DNA of 64,000 nucleotides from Octopus bimaculoides (Eukaryota), in the NCBI RefSeq assembly GCF_001194135.2, contig NC_068990.1:14620925-14684924 (forward strand), read 5' to 3'. This document shows, in pieces, positions 51,091 through 64,000 of the stretch. The notes beneath the pieces are model-generated. The model worked only from the letters and a program-made list of their open reading frames with translations. It had not been told where the DNA came from and did no database searches. Each line of letters begins with the position of its first letter. Position 1 is the stretch's first letter. A program made the position numbers and the translations under genes.

Positions 51091-51200
51091 CTGTAAATTT
51101 GTGCAGCAAGTTGAGTTAATCTGGTAAAATAAGCCATTAGAGACAAACGGATGTTATTTGAATTTCGCTCCGTTCCGGCATGCATTATAAACAGGAAGTT
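51091..51200 (-). promoter_or_regulatory. Candidate promoter and non-coding first exon of the minus-strand gene
   Basis: Unique, non-repeat island with three ETS-type cores (CAGGAAGT 51192-51199, TTCCGG 51173-51178, CGGATGT 51148-51154) and a minus-strand donor CAG|GTATAT at 51091/51090. No transcript evidence. Confidence 0.4.
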
Positions 51201-51552
51201 GTGTCATAATATTTCTCCCACCTTCCTCTCTCTTTCTGTTATAGCACCCTTCCACCACTTTTTCTTACTATTTAATACAAACAGTTTTGAGTGTCTTATC
51301 GCTTATTCATTCATTGACCGCGCGTATTGAGCTGTTTGACCCATAATTGTTTCTGTATTAAGTAGCACTCGGGAAAGAGTTAGTCCATCTCACCGACTTC
51401 ATTACTTGACTGTTATATTACCACGCCGAGCGAATTCTGACGATGTTGGCTTTGCCTTTCATCCTTTCGGGGTTCGATGAAATAATTTACCCGTTGAGTA
51501 TTGGAGTCGATGTAATCGACTAGCCCCCTCCCCCACAAAATTTCTAGTCTTA

Positions 51553-51990
51553 TACTCTTTGCTCTTTTACTTGTTTCAGTCATTTTGACTGTGGCCATGC
51601 TGGAGCACGGCCTTTTTTAGTCGAGCAAATCGACCCCAGGACTTATTCTTTGGAAGCCTAATACTTATTCTATCGGTCTCTTTTGCCGAACCGCTATGTT
51701 ACGGGGACGTAAACACACCAGCATCGGTTGTCAAGCGATGTTGGGGGTCAAACACCGACACAAGCATATACACACACAGATACAAGCATATACACACACA
51801 TACATATATATACATATACATATATACGACGGGCTTCTTTCAGTTTCCGTCTACCAAATCCACTCACAAGGCTTTGGCCGGCCCGAGGCTATAGTAGAAG
51901 ACACTTGCCCAAGGTGCCACGCAGTGGGAATGAACACGGAACCATGTGGTTGGTAAGCAAGCTACTTACCACACAGCCACTCCTGCGCCT
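51553..51990 (-). mobile_element. SINE family C, full length
   Basis: Reverse complement of the 34430-34875 type. Confidence 0.9.
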
Positions 51991-53767
51991 TATGCTTACA
52001 TTCTGAGTTCAAATTCTGCCGAGGTCGACTTTGCCTTTCACCATTTCGGGGTCGATAAAATAAGTACCAGTTGAAACCTGGGGTCAATATAATCGACTTA
52101 CTTCCTTCCCTGAAATTGCTGGCCTTGTGCCAAAATATGAAATTAGTGTTAGGACTGTGAACTGGCAGAACTGTTAGCTCATCGGACAAAATGCTTAGCG
52201 ACATTTCGTCCGTCTTTACGGTATGAGTTCAAATTTCGCTGAGGTCTCTTTTGCCTTTCATCCTTTCAGAGTCGATAAAATTTAGTAGCAGTTGAGTACT
52301 GGGGCTGGATGTAATCGACTTCCCCTCAAAATTGATGACCTCGTGCCAAAATTAGAAAGAATTGTTTGGCGGACTTTTGGAACGGCTACTGCTATCCAAC
52401 GAAGAAGGGAAGAAGCAAGGAATTGGGGAGTCAAAATATGAGAATGGAATTTTTTGGAATAAATTTTCACATTCGTAATTCCAATTGCATACTAAAAAAA
52501 AAAATTAAGCAAACAACCAGCCAATTCTTTACTCTTTTCTTTCTTTACGAAGTAGTGATAGCTATTCCGAAAGTTCGCCCTTTATTTTATTGATCGCGGA
52601 GGGATGAAAGAGAATTTGACCTCGGCGCTATTTAAACTCAAGGTATTCCGTCTATGATCAGTATTTCCTCTAAGCCGTTGCGTTTGTGCGCGCACATTTT
52701 ACATTAAAGAAAGGAAAAATTGTGCACATATAAGTTGAAATTTGATATATTTTTTCTTCTTTTAATTGAAGAAACTCGAGCATGGATGCGTACATACTTT
52801 GCAGAAAAAGACTAAATTTGCACACGAGCAATACTCTACGCACACCCACAGCAAAAAAACAGAGGGGACCGTCGCTCATGACTATTATGCAGTGTTTTGT
52901 TGGCACACCTATACAAATGTGCCCTCCCAACAATTTTGTTTCCACATAATGTTCAGAAAAATTAATGTCTTCATGGAACTTTCTACAAATACTTCTCAAA
53001 TGTAGATTACAGTTATATCGGAATTAACGTTTAAAAAACTGGTGGGCACGCACACATACATACATCAAAATCTTTTTTTAAATTATTTCAAGTTTTGGTG
53101 CTGTGTGTTGGTGTGTATGTGTGCGCACCCACTAATTTCTTTTTTCTTTTATTTTTCACATCAAATTCCGATGTAATCCAAGACGTATTTATAGAAAATT
53201 TAATTTTAAAATAACCCAGAAAGTCGGTGTGAGGGTAAACTTGTTAGGTGCGCCGTTTTGTTTTGGGGTATTTTTTAGGATCACATTACCTACCCAGTGT
53301 CTCTTTACATTTCTTTAATTCAGAAAGTGGGGCGTGATTTAAGGTGTTATTTTGACTGCTATTTTTAGCAGGTTGAGCTATTACATAACGGATCCCTCGC
53401 GTTTTTTTTTTGTTTTTTGTTTATACTTTAATGTTCAACTTCCACGAAGTGAGCGTGTCCCAAAACTTTATTGGGATATTCTGTGTTCACTTCTATGACT
53501 AAGATAATGTTATTGAGAAAAAAGATCAGAATGAATGCCAGGCAATCTTAACCTTCTACGTATGAATCTCATGCCTTGCTGCTAAGTTTAAAGAAAATTA
53601 TACAAAACCCACTCTATTTATAGCAACTTGTATTGTACATTTTACACGAGCCAACCATAGAGCCTCTACGCGGTCGTGCAACCTGTTAGAAATAACAGCC
53701 AAATATCTCTTTTTGGTTGTATATCTGACATTCATATACCGTAGATTCATAAAATAGTTTGTTTATT

Positions 53768-53855
53768 AAATATATATGTTCGTTAATTTTGATTCCTAAT
53801 ATTATCACAAAATATATATGTTCATTAATTTTGATTCTTAATATTGTCACAAAAT
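53768..53855. repeat. 42-bp tandem duplication
   Basis: AAATATATATGTTC(G/A)TTAATTTTGATTC(C/T)TAATATT(A/G)TCACA x2. Confidence 0.85.
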
Positions 53856-54886
53856 TTGTGGGAGCGTACAAGTGATTAGATAGGTGTTTAACTTATAAAC
53901 TCCAGAGGAATATAATGTAAAATAGAGCCCAGGATTTAAAGTAACATATGAAGAAACATAACATCGGGTATTTAATTTGAGGTTCAACAATTTTTGTTAT
54001 CTAACTACGTAATTAAATGTTACGGTCCGTCTAGCAATTATGCTAATTATGAACCAAAAAATAAAATTTATATTTTCGGCTTCTGCAATACTTATTCAAT
54101 ATCTCCTATAAGAATGGTTTTCATATTTAACACTGAAAGTATTTGATTCTTGCTTTGTAGAGAGATATTTGATGAAACATGCGAAAAAATTAGGAAAATG
54201 TGAAGAACTGACGTTTGTAAAGTGTTATTGAGGGTCCTCCACCGCTTCTCGCAGTTTAAGAGCTTTTTTTTTCCAAAGCGGTGGAGTAAAATCGCTTTTC
54301 TTTTTAATGGTAATAAATTTTAGCCAACGCTTTTTGAATTTAAAGGGTTACAGCTGAATCAGTTTGTTCTAGGTTGTTGATTGTAATCTGTCACTGTTTC
54401 TAGACCTAACGACTTTTTCAGACACATGTATATCTCCGGCTGACAATTTTTGGTACGATTTTGAATACCTACCTAGTTGTGAGTAACTGCCTTGAGAGAC
54501 GAAGAAAAACAAGGGAGTAAATTTGATAATCCAGAATAGAGCTACGATGGAAGTCTAGTCTTCGCTCGTTAATCTCTAAGCAAATCTTGTAGCCAATTTG
54601 GCTACAAGTACCATTTTATTGTTCAGCACTTCTTTGCACATCAACAATGTTGAGAAGGACCATGACCGAAATGCCTACGTCTGGGCCACTCGGAATCTCT
54701 CTGCATTCGGCCCACTCGTTCGTAGGAGAGGTCACTTTTGTACATTGTGAAAAGCCAAGCAACAGCACATCATCATCAACCTTTGGACATTCCTAAGACT
54801 CATAGCCTGTTTTCCATTACGTCTAAGTAACCTAGATCTCAACATAACCCCTGAAGAGGAAACCAGTCTGTTGCAGCATTACTCAT

Positions 54887-55231
54887 GTAGTAACGCCGTG
54901 CGCATGCGTGGAATTAAACAGCCAAGCGTTCCCGCTTAATTCTATCTCTTTTACGGTCGGCCGACCATGAGCATGGACGTGTTTTGCTGTCTCTCACCAT
55001 CTTTCGGACTTACACTCGACAGCTCGCTTGCAACTACATACCCACGTCCCAACAACTATGCTCATACACACAGAAGCTGTGACAACAAGAACTAAAGATG
55101 TATATATTTACCACCTAAATAAAGTGTTGTTTAAGTTGATAGTCTGGAGTTCAGCGTTCCGTTATATATTCATTAATTTTATATAGGAAAGTCAGGTATA
55201 CATCTAATGATGTATAACCAACTTTCCTATA
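54887..55231 (+). mobile_element. Same TG...TA element, copy C with internal deletions
   Basis: Same termini, flanking direct repeat CTCA (ACTCA if 5 bp), AATAAA inside, adjoins a SINE remnant. Confidence 0.8.
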
Positions 55232-55608
55232 CTCATTTACCGCCGAATTGACGTGAAATGAAATGTCTTGCACAAGAAGGCAACGTACCGCCCGGTCCGG
55301 GAATCGAAACCACGGTTTTGCGATCGTGAGCGCAACACCCTAACCACTGGGCCACGCGCGTACACAATTGTCTGCTTTGCTGCCACTCAAATTGTGACCA
55401 TTACCCATTACCCTCTTGAGATCGACGTATGTCAAAAGAAAGAAGAAAAAGGGAAGTTTGTTTTATTTAAAAGGTAGTTTTCGTTTATTATTACCGTCTG
55501 CATTTACCACACCAAACTAAAGTGACCTGGCTCTAAATAACAACAGTAATATTTATGAATAAGTCTGGGCCGCTATTAATGAACTATCTTCTCAGTAATA
55601 TTGTGCTT

Positions 55609-55808
55609 GGCCACCCGTAAACCTCAAAACCTCACACAAACAGGAGGAAGAAAATACGATTTTGTTTTAAACTTCTGTATGCTCACTTATCTCATAGGAT
55701 ATTAATTCGGCCACCCGTAAACCTCAAAACCTCACACAAACAGGAGGAAGAAAATAAGATTTTGTTTTAAACTTCTGTATGCTCACTTATCTCATAGGAT
55801 ATTAATTC
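55609..55808. repeat. 100-bp tandem duplication with one mismatch
   Basis: 55609-55708 vs 55709-55808 differ only at AATACGAT/AATAAGAT. Confidence 0.9.
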
Positions 55809-57118
55809 ACAACATTATCTCTTGAATAAAAAGAAGTGGAGAACTTTTTTGTTTATCTTGCCCCCAATAATTAAATTTTATCTTCTTTAACTTCCTCCCA
55901 CCGTTATTATTATAACAGGGTGTAACTTATTTCTTACCACTCGACAAATTTTACACTTGTTTTGTGATAATGATGAAAGTGTGTGACCTAGTGGTCAGAG
56001 TGATCTTTCATAGCAATAACTTACCAAATATTGGTAAAACTGCATATCAAAGGTAGGATTTCCTTGTACTTCGAGTCTAAAACATTCTTTGATTCTGATC
56101 AATTATCCACTAAAAAGCAAAATTTCGTCCTTCATTAAAGTACTACTTATGTATTTGGGAAGCCCTTGTTACTCTATAACATCCTGAAATGTGTCCAGAC
56201 AATCTTGATAGTCAAAGATTCATACATCAGCTAATAACAGTAAGTTTCAATGAAACTGTTTCTTCCTGCCATTTTGTTTTATTTATATTATATGACATGA
56301 AACCAGGATTACAATAAATTACCTCTAATAACGGATTGTAATACCCCCTCACACACACATACATAATATTATTATTACTATATATTACTATATATACCGC
56401 CGAAGTCGACTTAGCCTTTCATCTTATCGTCGTCTATAAAATAAGTACCAGCTGAGCAAAGGGTCAATGTTATCGACTAGTCCCCTACACCAGACTTGAT
56501 GGCCTTATGGCAAAATTTGAAACCATTATTATTATTATTGAGTGAGAAAGCAATGCATGTCATCAAAGTGGCACTGGGGTAGAAATATACGAAGCCCAAT
56601 ATACCCATCATGGCTACCCGTCTGATAAGGGTACACCAGGCACATGCATCACAACTACATATGCGTGACATGGTAATCTCATCTCAAGATAAACACCGCA
56701 TTACCTTGCAGGTGAAGCCCACTTGGACTTTTCTTCAGGTGAAGTAGCCCATCACGTTCAAAAAATCCTTGGATTAGGTTTGTTTAAGAACAATAAACGA
56801 AACACCTGGTGAATTATTCAAACCCCAAAGAATCCCTCTCAACAAATGGCTGCATCATGATCAGAGTTGCACACATCGTCAGCCACTGGGAGACATATTC
56901 AAGTGGTTAAGGTCAAACAACTGACAAGCAAATCTGTGGTACTGAGCAGAATATTTGCTGTAGTCCATCAAAGACAAAGCATATACATAACACTTCCAAT
57001 CAGTTAAGATCTCAAAAGCCATAGCAACACACACTTACACACATGCGTTCTTTGTTTTGTCCTATACTGTACATAATGTTTTTCTTAATATAAACTTTAA
57101 TGTTTAATAAAGAAATCA

Positions 57119-57450
57119 TTATTGTTATTATTATTTTTATTATGAAAGCCTCTTGGATAGTTCTTAATTACCGGTTATTCTTTCCTTGAAAGCAGGCAAC
57201 AACAAATCACCAAAGATTTCAAGTAGTGCTTTCTCCTGTGACTCAAAGAGATAATTTTCTCCTTAGAATGTGAGCTGTACCCAACAATGCTATCTTCTGG
57301 ATCACCTTGAGCCTGACAGCAACTCCAATCTTCTTGATATGTTTTTCAAAGCCCTTGGAACTGCTCCTAATGCTCCAGTTATTACTGGTATCACCATCAC
57401 TTTCCTATCTCATTCCACAGTGGCTGGTATTTCTCAATCTTTTTTGTTTC
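57119..57450 (-). mobile_element. 3' end of a second REL-type (R4/Dong/NeSL-like) LINE
   Basis: Minus strand KVMVIPVITGALGAVP...VIQKIALLGTAHILRRKLSL* (one frameshift), ending in a (TAA)n-like tail at 57119-57143. Confidence 0.75.
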
Positions 57451-57582
57451 CTTACATTCCATCCTCAAATCACCTGGTATTGCAACATCTATTATCTTTA
57501 CTTCTTTTTCATTTCTATGGATCATTATTATTATTATTATTCTGCATTTTCCTATTTCACACATTAATTTTTGAAAAAAAAA

Positions 57583-58210
57583 ATGTCTTTGAAGAGAGCA
57601 GCAAGCTGTTCTCTTCTTTCTACATCACACCCTCCGAAAAAGAACGACATGTCAAGTCGCACACAATCCCGCCCATCTCACGCCATAAAAAGGCAAAGAG
57701 AGAAATGTTGAGGAACGTTCTGCCACTTGCAGCACTCCTGATTCCAATATTTTCAACCGACTTTCGGATCTGCACTTCCCAGCTCTTACCTCCAACCATT
57801 GCTCCTACACCGGAGAAGGAGGAAGAGAAAAACACAACAATGAAGAACAAAGAAGACAACACCACCAAGACCAGTAGCCATTGTAACGGTTTCACTTCCG
57901 CAGCTAAGCAGAGCTCGGAAGAAATCCAAGTTACAATGGCAGAAACAAAGGATGCAAAGGAGTTGTTAAGGAAAGATGGAAATAATGTTTTCCTTAACAC
58001 TCCACAAGCATTAATCCACGACACCAACAAACGTACAATCATTTACAAGATATATAACACAAAGTACCATAAAATGGAAAATGCTACTCCACAGACGTTG
58101 GAGATAGCACTCAAGCTCATATGGGGCCCGAAAAGTTTCATGACCAAAGGGAAGTGCTATGGAATGGTGAAAGTGCGCTTCCCACGGAAGAGGATGCCAT
58201 CCAGGCTAGC
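57583..58210 (+). mobile_element. Probable 5' end and ORF1 fragment of an L1/Tx1-like LINE
   Basis: 3' part of ORF 57270-58241 (...KRTIIYKIYNTK...LEIALKLIW...GMVKVRFP) resembles a LINE ORF1 N-terminus and is cut off at a SINE tail. Assigned by resemblance only. Confidence 0.4.
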
Positions 58211-58249
58211 AGGTTGTTTAGTTTCATTTTTAATGTTTTAAAAGAAAAT

Positions 58250-58480
58250 ACACCATTTTGAGCGTGGCCGTTGCCAGTACCGCCTGACTGGCCTTCGTGC
58301 GGGTGACACGTAAAAGCACCCACTACACTCTCTGAGTGGTTGGCGTTAGGAAGGGCATCCAGCTGTAGAAACACTGCCAAATCAGATTGGAGCCTGGTGT
58401 AGCCATCTGGTTTCACCAGTCCTCAGTCAATCGTCCAACCCATGCTAGCATGGAAAGCGGACGTTAAACAATGATGATGT
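58250..58480 (+). mobile_element. Family E repeat: LINE/SINE 3' tail ending (GAT)n
   Basis: ...GGAAGGGCATCCAGCTGTAGAAAC...GGAAAGCGGACGTTAAAC(GAT)n. Also at 30300-30500, 33500-33908, 40060-40220, 41855-42035, 42703-42906, 46537-46690, 47966-48270. Confidence 0.85.
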
Positions 58481-59043
58481 TCAAAGATCACATGTAACTA
58501 CTTAAATCAGCAAAAAATAACTGTTACAGTTCTGGAGAATCCAAAATCTTTAAACAGTTACATCCTATATGCATCCCTTTTCAATAAAAAATACATAGTC
58601 TCTATCAAGATACGATACGTGAACCAGTAAGAATACGATTTACATTCTCTTGATGAAATCTTTGATTGTATTGCCTGGTTCTTGAAGCATAATATTTTGA
58701 ACATTTATTGAAAATGTTATAAACCAAGAAGTCTTGTGCAATGTCTCAAACATTAAAGACCAACATTTTATTTAACAGACAGGAAAAAAATTTCATAGTC
58801 TTTTTCAAAGTAGTCTTATTCAAAATGTATGAACAAAGATGGTATACATACATGCATGCATACATACATACAATGGGATTCTTTCAGTTTCCATCTATCA
58901 AATCTACTCACAAGACTTTGGTCAGAGGGCTATAGTAGAAAACACTTAGTGAAGGTGCTATGCTGTGAGATTGAACCCAAGACTACATGGTTGGGAAGCA
59001 AGATTCTTAACCACACAACATATGAATATACATACATGTGTAT

Positions 59044-59099
<56 letters not shown>

Positions 59100-59124
59100 A
59101 TTCATATACATTTGTATATTCCTA

Positions 59125-59170
<46 letters not shown>

Positions 59171-59184
59171 CACACATACATACA

Positions 59185-59215
<31 letters not shown>

Positions 59216-60565
59216 TGTTTATAAATATAAATATATGTATGTGTATATATTATCGAGTAGTATATTCCTGGTTATGGCATATAACTGGTCAGAAGGCTAC
59301 TGTTGGATTCGTTTGGCAATAGATAACCCATCAGGCATACTGGCTGGGAACCCATAGCCTCTTGAATTCGTACACACACACACACACATTATCCACACTA
59401 TCATTCCTTTTTAACAATGTGAGCTAAAGGAGGTATAGCTGCTATTTCTAGCATACCAATGAACCACGTTGCCTCATTTAACAGCTTAGCTATTGTAAGT
59501 GAAGGGATTACATGCACACAACCAAAAGCTGTATGAAGATATAGGACTTGCTGACAGAGCCAAGGGTAGTAAACAATTGAGGTTCCCATGAAGCGAAGTC
59601 ATGCCATTGTCAGGTGTTTTACGATATGTAGTTGATAGTTTCTATTACCCAGGTGACCTAATTACTGCTACAGACTGATTGAAGCAAAAGCTAAGGAGCT
59701 CAGGGTAAGGCAGGGGCATGTAGAAATTCTGATAGTTATTGCTTATGTTCGTAACAATGGTAGGACAGTCTGAACAAAGAGCAGGAAGTTATTATGTGGC
59801 TGAGGCTTTGATCTTGTTGCATGTTAATCTACACAAAGTTGCCCGGGTGAATTTCGTAAAAGGTAGCACAAAATGTTTGAAAAGTACTAGATTTGCGTTA
59901 AAAAGTTGCCCAAATTATACATTTTACTTGAAATTCAATACACACGTGCACACACATACACACTCACCCACTCACTCACACACATATATACATAGAAGAT
60001 AGATACATACATACATAGATGGACAGAGAGTCAGACAAGAACACACACAGACACACGCACATATATATATATATATATATATATAGTTCAAATTTATTTA
60101 AAAAAACAAAAGACAAAGACAGGTGTAGGAACAAAAAGCAGGTGTGTTAGTTTAACACACAGGGAAAAATGGAAAATATATATATATACGCATACGTACA
60201 TATAAACCATCATCATCATTGTTGTTGTTTAATATCCATTTTCACCGCTAGCATGGTTTGGACAGTTTGACAGTAGTTTGCCAGTCGGGGAGCTGTCCAG
60301 ACTCCAGCCACTTCTGTGCATACATATATACACATATATATATGTATATTGTGTGTCCTTTTGTTTGTCCCACTTTATTGTTTGACAATTGGTGTTGGTT
60401 TTATTTACATCCCTGTGAATTAGCAGTTCAGCAAATGTGACCAATAGAATGAGTACTAGGCTTTAAAAAATGTAAGTGCTGGGGCTGATTTATTTAACTA
60501 AAGCTCTTCAAGGCGATGCCCCAGTCCAGTGACTGAATCAAATAAAAATAAACGGTTAAATGCAG

Positions 60566-61107
60566 GGATCTATTTTAAAACGGGGGCCACATTTTTCATT
60601 AATGTTTTACGTAGTGTTTTTGGTACGGAAAGACTTTCAAACTTCGTATACTTATCTATTTTGTGTTATAGAACAGAAAAATATTTTTGTATTCGAATTT
60701 ATTTCATGTAAAAAATTGTCTTATTTCGATAATTTCAACCAATCACTGACAAGTATTCAGTTGTTTATATTTACTCCTTTGACTGATTAAGCGATGTAAA
60801 GCGTATTTAATCTCCATACCTTCGTTTTATTTGCTTTAACCCTAACCCTAACCTTAGGGTTAGGGTTAATTGTTTCAGAATCGTTTGTTTATGTAGTCGG
60901 CACTTAATGTATATCGGCTGAATGGACGTCAGTGATTGGTTGAAATTACAGAAATACGACAACTTTAACATGGAATAATTTATGGATTTCTTTTTTTTTT
61001 AAGAAGACTAAGAGAAAAAGATGTTTTATATGACACATTCTACCAGTGTTCCAAGTTTCAAAGTGTTTCATTAATGAAAAATGTGGCCCCCGTTTTAAAA
61101 AAGATCC
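60566..61107. mobile_element. Merlin-like fold-back MITE with telomeric core, copy 3 (542 bp, variant inner arm)
   Basis: Same TIRs (1 mismatch), 8-bp TSD AAATGCAG, telomeric junction 60836-60869. Confidence 0.92.
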
Positions 61108-62468
61108 AAATGCAGACATAAAAAACACGATATATAGACACATTCACAAGGCACATACAGAAATATAATGTTCACATTGGAAAAAAGGCAAAATGAATAC
61201 AATAACAGACACCTAGACTTACATAGAAACTCAAGGCTTTCACGTTATCATCATCTTCATCATCGTTGTTATTGTCATCATCATCCGGAACATCTTTGTC
61301 TCTGCTTTTTTCATGCTACTAAGAATTGGTTGAAGATTCTTCAGGTAGTATTTTGTAGCTGGATGCTCTTCATTTATTCCAGACCTTACATGTTTTCGAA
61401 TAAGACCCTTTATATGGCATCTTTTGTAATTTGACTCTGACAAATTGAAATGTAGTAACCTCATGAAGAAACAAATTGTGCAACCTTGGTAAGGCTGGAG
61501 ACTACGAATTGAACATGCATCGCTTCTTACCAGCATACAAAACCATGGTATGGCTGTGTGATAAGAAGTTTTCTTCTTCCTAACCACATGGTTCTGGGTT
61601 CAGTCCCACTACATGACACCTTGGTCACATCTTCTACTATAACCTTGGGCTGACTAAAGCCTTATGAGTGGATTTTGGTACATGAAAACTGAAAGAAATG
61701 TGATAAGAGTATTGTAGTTTGCTTGAAGCATTGTAATATCGAGAAAAATGTAAAAAGAGAGAAAATAGACAGCTTTGGACAATGCAGAAAGTTTAATAAA
61801 ACCTTTATATTTCGGAATCAGATGCCTCTGTGTTTGTCCTAGACCACCACTTGCCAACTGATATAGGTATGTTTACATCCCTGTGACTCAGTGGTTTGGC
61901 AAAAAGAAACTGATAGAATAAGTATCAGTTTCAAGAAAAAAGGAACTGAGGTTGATTCATTCAACTAAAAGTTCTTCAAGGTGGTGCTCCAGCATGGCCA
62001 CAGACTAATGACTGAAACAAAAAATAATATATCCATATATTGGTTGAAGGTTCTTCAGGTAGTATTTTGTAGCCGGATGCTTTTCATTATTCCAAACCTT
62101 ACCTGTTTTCAAATAAGACCCTTTATACTGCAAGGAGTGGCTGTGTGGTAAGAAGCTTGCTTCCCAACCACATGGTACCGGGTTCAGTCCCACTACATGG
62201 CACCTTCTGCAAGTTCCTTCTACTATAGCCTCGGGCCGACCAAAGCCTTGTGAGTGGATTTGGCAGACGGAAACTGAAAGAAGACCGTCGTATATATTTG
62301 TGTGTTTGCTTCCCCCTCCCCCACCATCGTTTGACAGCCGATGTTGGTGTGTTTATGTCCCCGTAATTTAGTAGTTCAGCAAAAGAGACTGATAGAATAA
62401 ATACTAGACTTACAAAGAATGGCTGAAACAAGTAAAAGAATAAAGGAAAATAATCTATTTATATATTT

Positions 62469-62513
<45 letters not shown>

Positions 62514-63187
62514 CTCTTTTACTCTTTTACTTGTTTCAGTCTTTTGACTGTGGCCNNNNNNNNNNNNNNNNNNNNNNNNNNNNNNNNNNNNNNNNNNNNN
62601 NNNNNNNNNNNNNNNNNNNNNNNNNNNNNNNNNNNNNNNNNNNNNNNNNNNNNNNNNNNNNNNNNNNNNNNNNNNNNNNNNNNNNNNNNNNNNNNNNNNN
62701 NNNNNNNNNNNNNNNNNNNNNNNNNNNNNNNNNNNNNNNNNNNNNNNNNNNNNNNNNNNNNNNNNNNNNNNNNNNNNNNNNNNNNNNNNNNNNNNNNNNN
62801 NNNNNNNNNNNNNNNNNNNNNNNNNNNNNNNNNNNNNNNNNNNNNNNNNNNNNNNNNNNNNNNNNNNNNNNNNNNNNNNNNNNNNNNNNNNNNNNNNNNN
62901 NNNNNNNNNNNNNNNNNNNNNNNNNNNNNNNNNNNNNNNNNNNNNNNNNNNNNNNNNNNNNNNNNNNNNNNNNNNNNNNNNNNNNNNNNNNNNNNNNNNN
63001 NNNNNNNNNNNNNNNNNNNNNNNNNNNNNNNNNNNNNNNNNNNNNNNNNNNNNNNNNNNNNNNNNNNNNNNNNNNNNNNNNNNNNNNNNNNNNNNNNNNN
63101 NNNNNNNNNNNNNNNNNNNNNNNNNNNNNNNNNNNNNNNNNNNNNNNNNNNNNNNNNNNNNNNNNNNNNNNNNNNNNNNNNNNNNNN

Positions 63188-63560
63188 ATTACTCTTACTT
63201 GTTTCAGTCATTTGACTGTGGCCATGCTGGAGCACCGCCTTCAGTCGAGCAAATAGACCCCAGGACTTATTCTTTGTAAGCCTAGTACTTATTCTATTGC
63301 CTCTTTTGCTGAACCACTAAGTTACGGGAGCATAAACACACCAGCATCAGTTGTCAAGTGATGTTGGGTGGGACAAAGACAGACACGCAAACATACATAT
63401 ATATATGATGGGCTTCTTTCAGTTTCCGTCTACCAAATCCACTCACAAGGCTTTGGTTGGTCCGAGGCTATAGTAGAAGACACTTGCCCAAGATGCCACG
63501 CAGTGGGACTGAACCCGGAACCATGTGGTTGGTAAGCAAGCTACTTGCCACTCCTGCGCC
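63188..63560 (-). mobile_element. SINE family C
   Basis: Reverse complement of the 34430-34875 type. Confidence 0.88.
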
Positions 63561-64000
63561 TCATGTAATATTTTTAAGGCAGTGAGCTGGCTGAATTGTT
63601 AGCATGCCAGACAAAATACTTAGTAACACTTCTGGCTTATGTTCTGAGTTCAAACTAAACTGAAGTTCACTTTGCCTTTCATTCTTTTGGGGTCAATAAA
63701 ATAACTAACTGGTGAGTACTGAGGTTGATGCGATTGACTATCCCCTTCCCCAAAATTTCAGGTCTTGTGCCTATAGTAGAAAGAATTATTTTGGAATATT
63801 TTTGAGTTGGAATAAATATAATTAATCTCCTGTTGTCATTTTTCATCTGCTGATGAAATATTATTAAAAAGACATTTATCATCTGGTTTAAACCGAAGGA
63901 AAACAATTACATTTGTTTTATAAGTGATTATGTTTACTTTTAATTACCTATTGAGATATTTCATGTTTTTAATCTATTATATAATTGATGAAGAAAAATG

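Noticed and set aside
54400-54830. Possible degenerate RTE reverse-transcriptase fragment on the minus strand
   Set aside because: Similarity is too weak by eye to support; needs tblastn.
55609-55808. Exact 100-bp period duplication as a functional repeat
   Set aside because: A round period with one mismatch suggests concatenated haplotypes or a trivial slippage duplication; needs long reads.

Overview
AT-rich, gapped eukaryotic draft sequence, very dense in repeats. The SINE families, microsatellites and TTAGGG repeats point to an octopus (coleoid cephalopod) genome; this is an inference from repeat content. One spliced protein-coding gene can be reconstructed on the minus strand: 7 coding exons, 44349 to 28420, about 606 aa, no recognisable family. 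It is Ser/Pro-rich and largely disordered, with a KEN box, CDK sites and a PP1-docking-like motif; a probable promoter and first exon lie near 51.1 kb. The rest is transposon-derived: at least four SINE/LINE-tail families, RTE, R4/Dong-like and Tx1-like LINE fragments, mariner and DD37D transposase remnants, several MITEs and solo LTRs. The most unusual items are: (1) a tRNA-headed element at 38631-38960 carrying a complete minimal type-I hammerhead ribozyme and a Penelope-style inverted 5' arm; (2) three copies of a ~540-bp Merlin-like fold-back MITE (8-bp TSDs) with a head-to-head telomeric palindrome at its centre; (3) a ~400-bp LTR-like element with non-canonical TG...TA ends and a terminal hairpin. 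Most short ORFs in the supplied track are repeat or N-gap artefacts. Exon, TSD and TIR coordinates were counted by hand; SINE boundaries are approximate.
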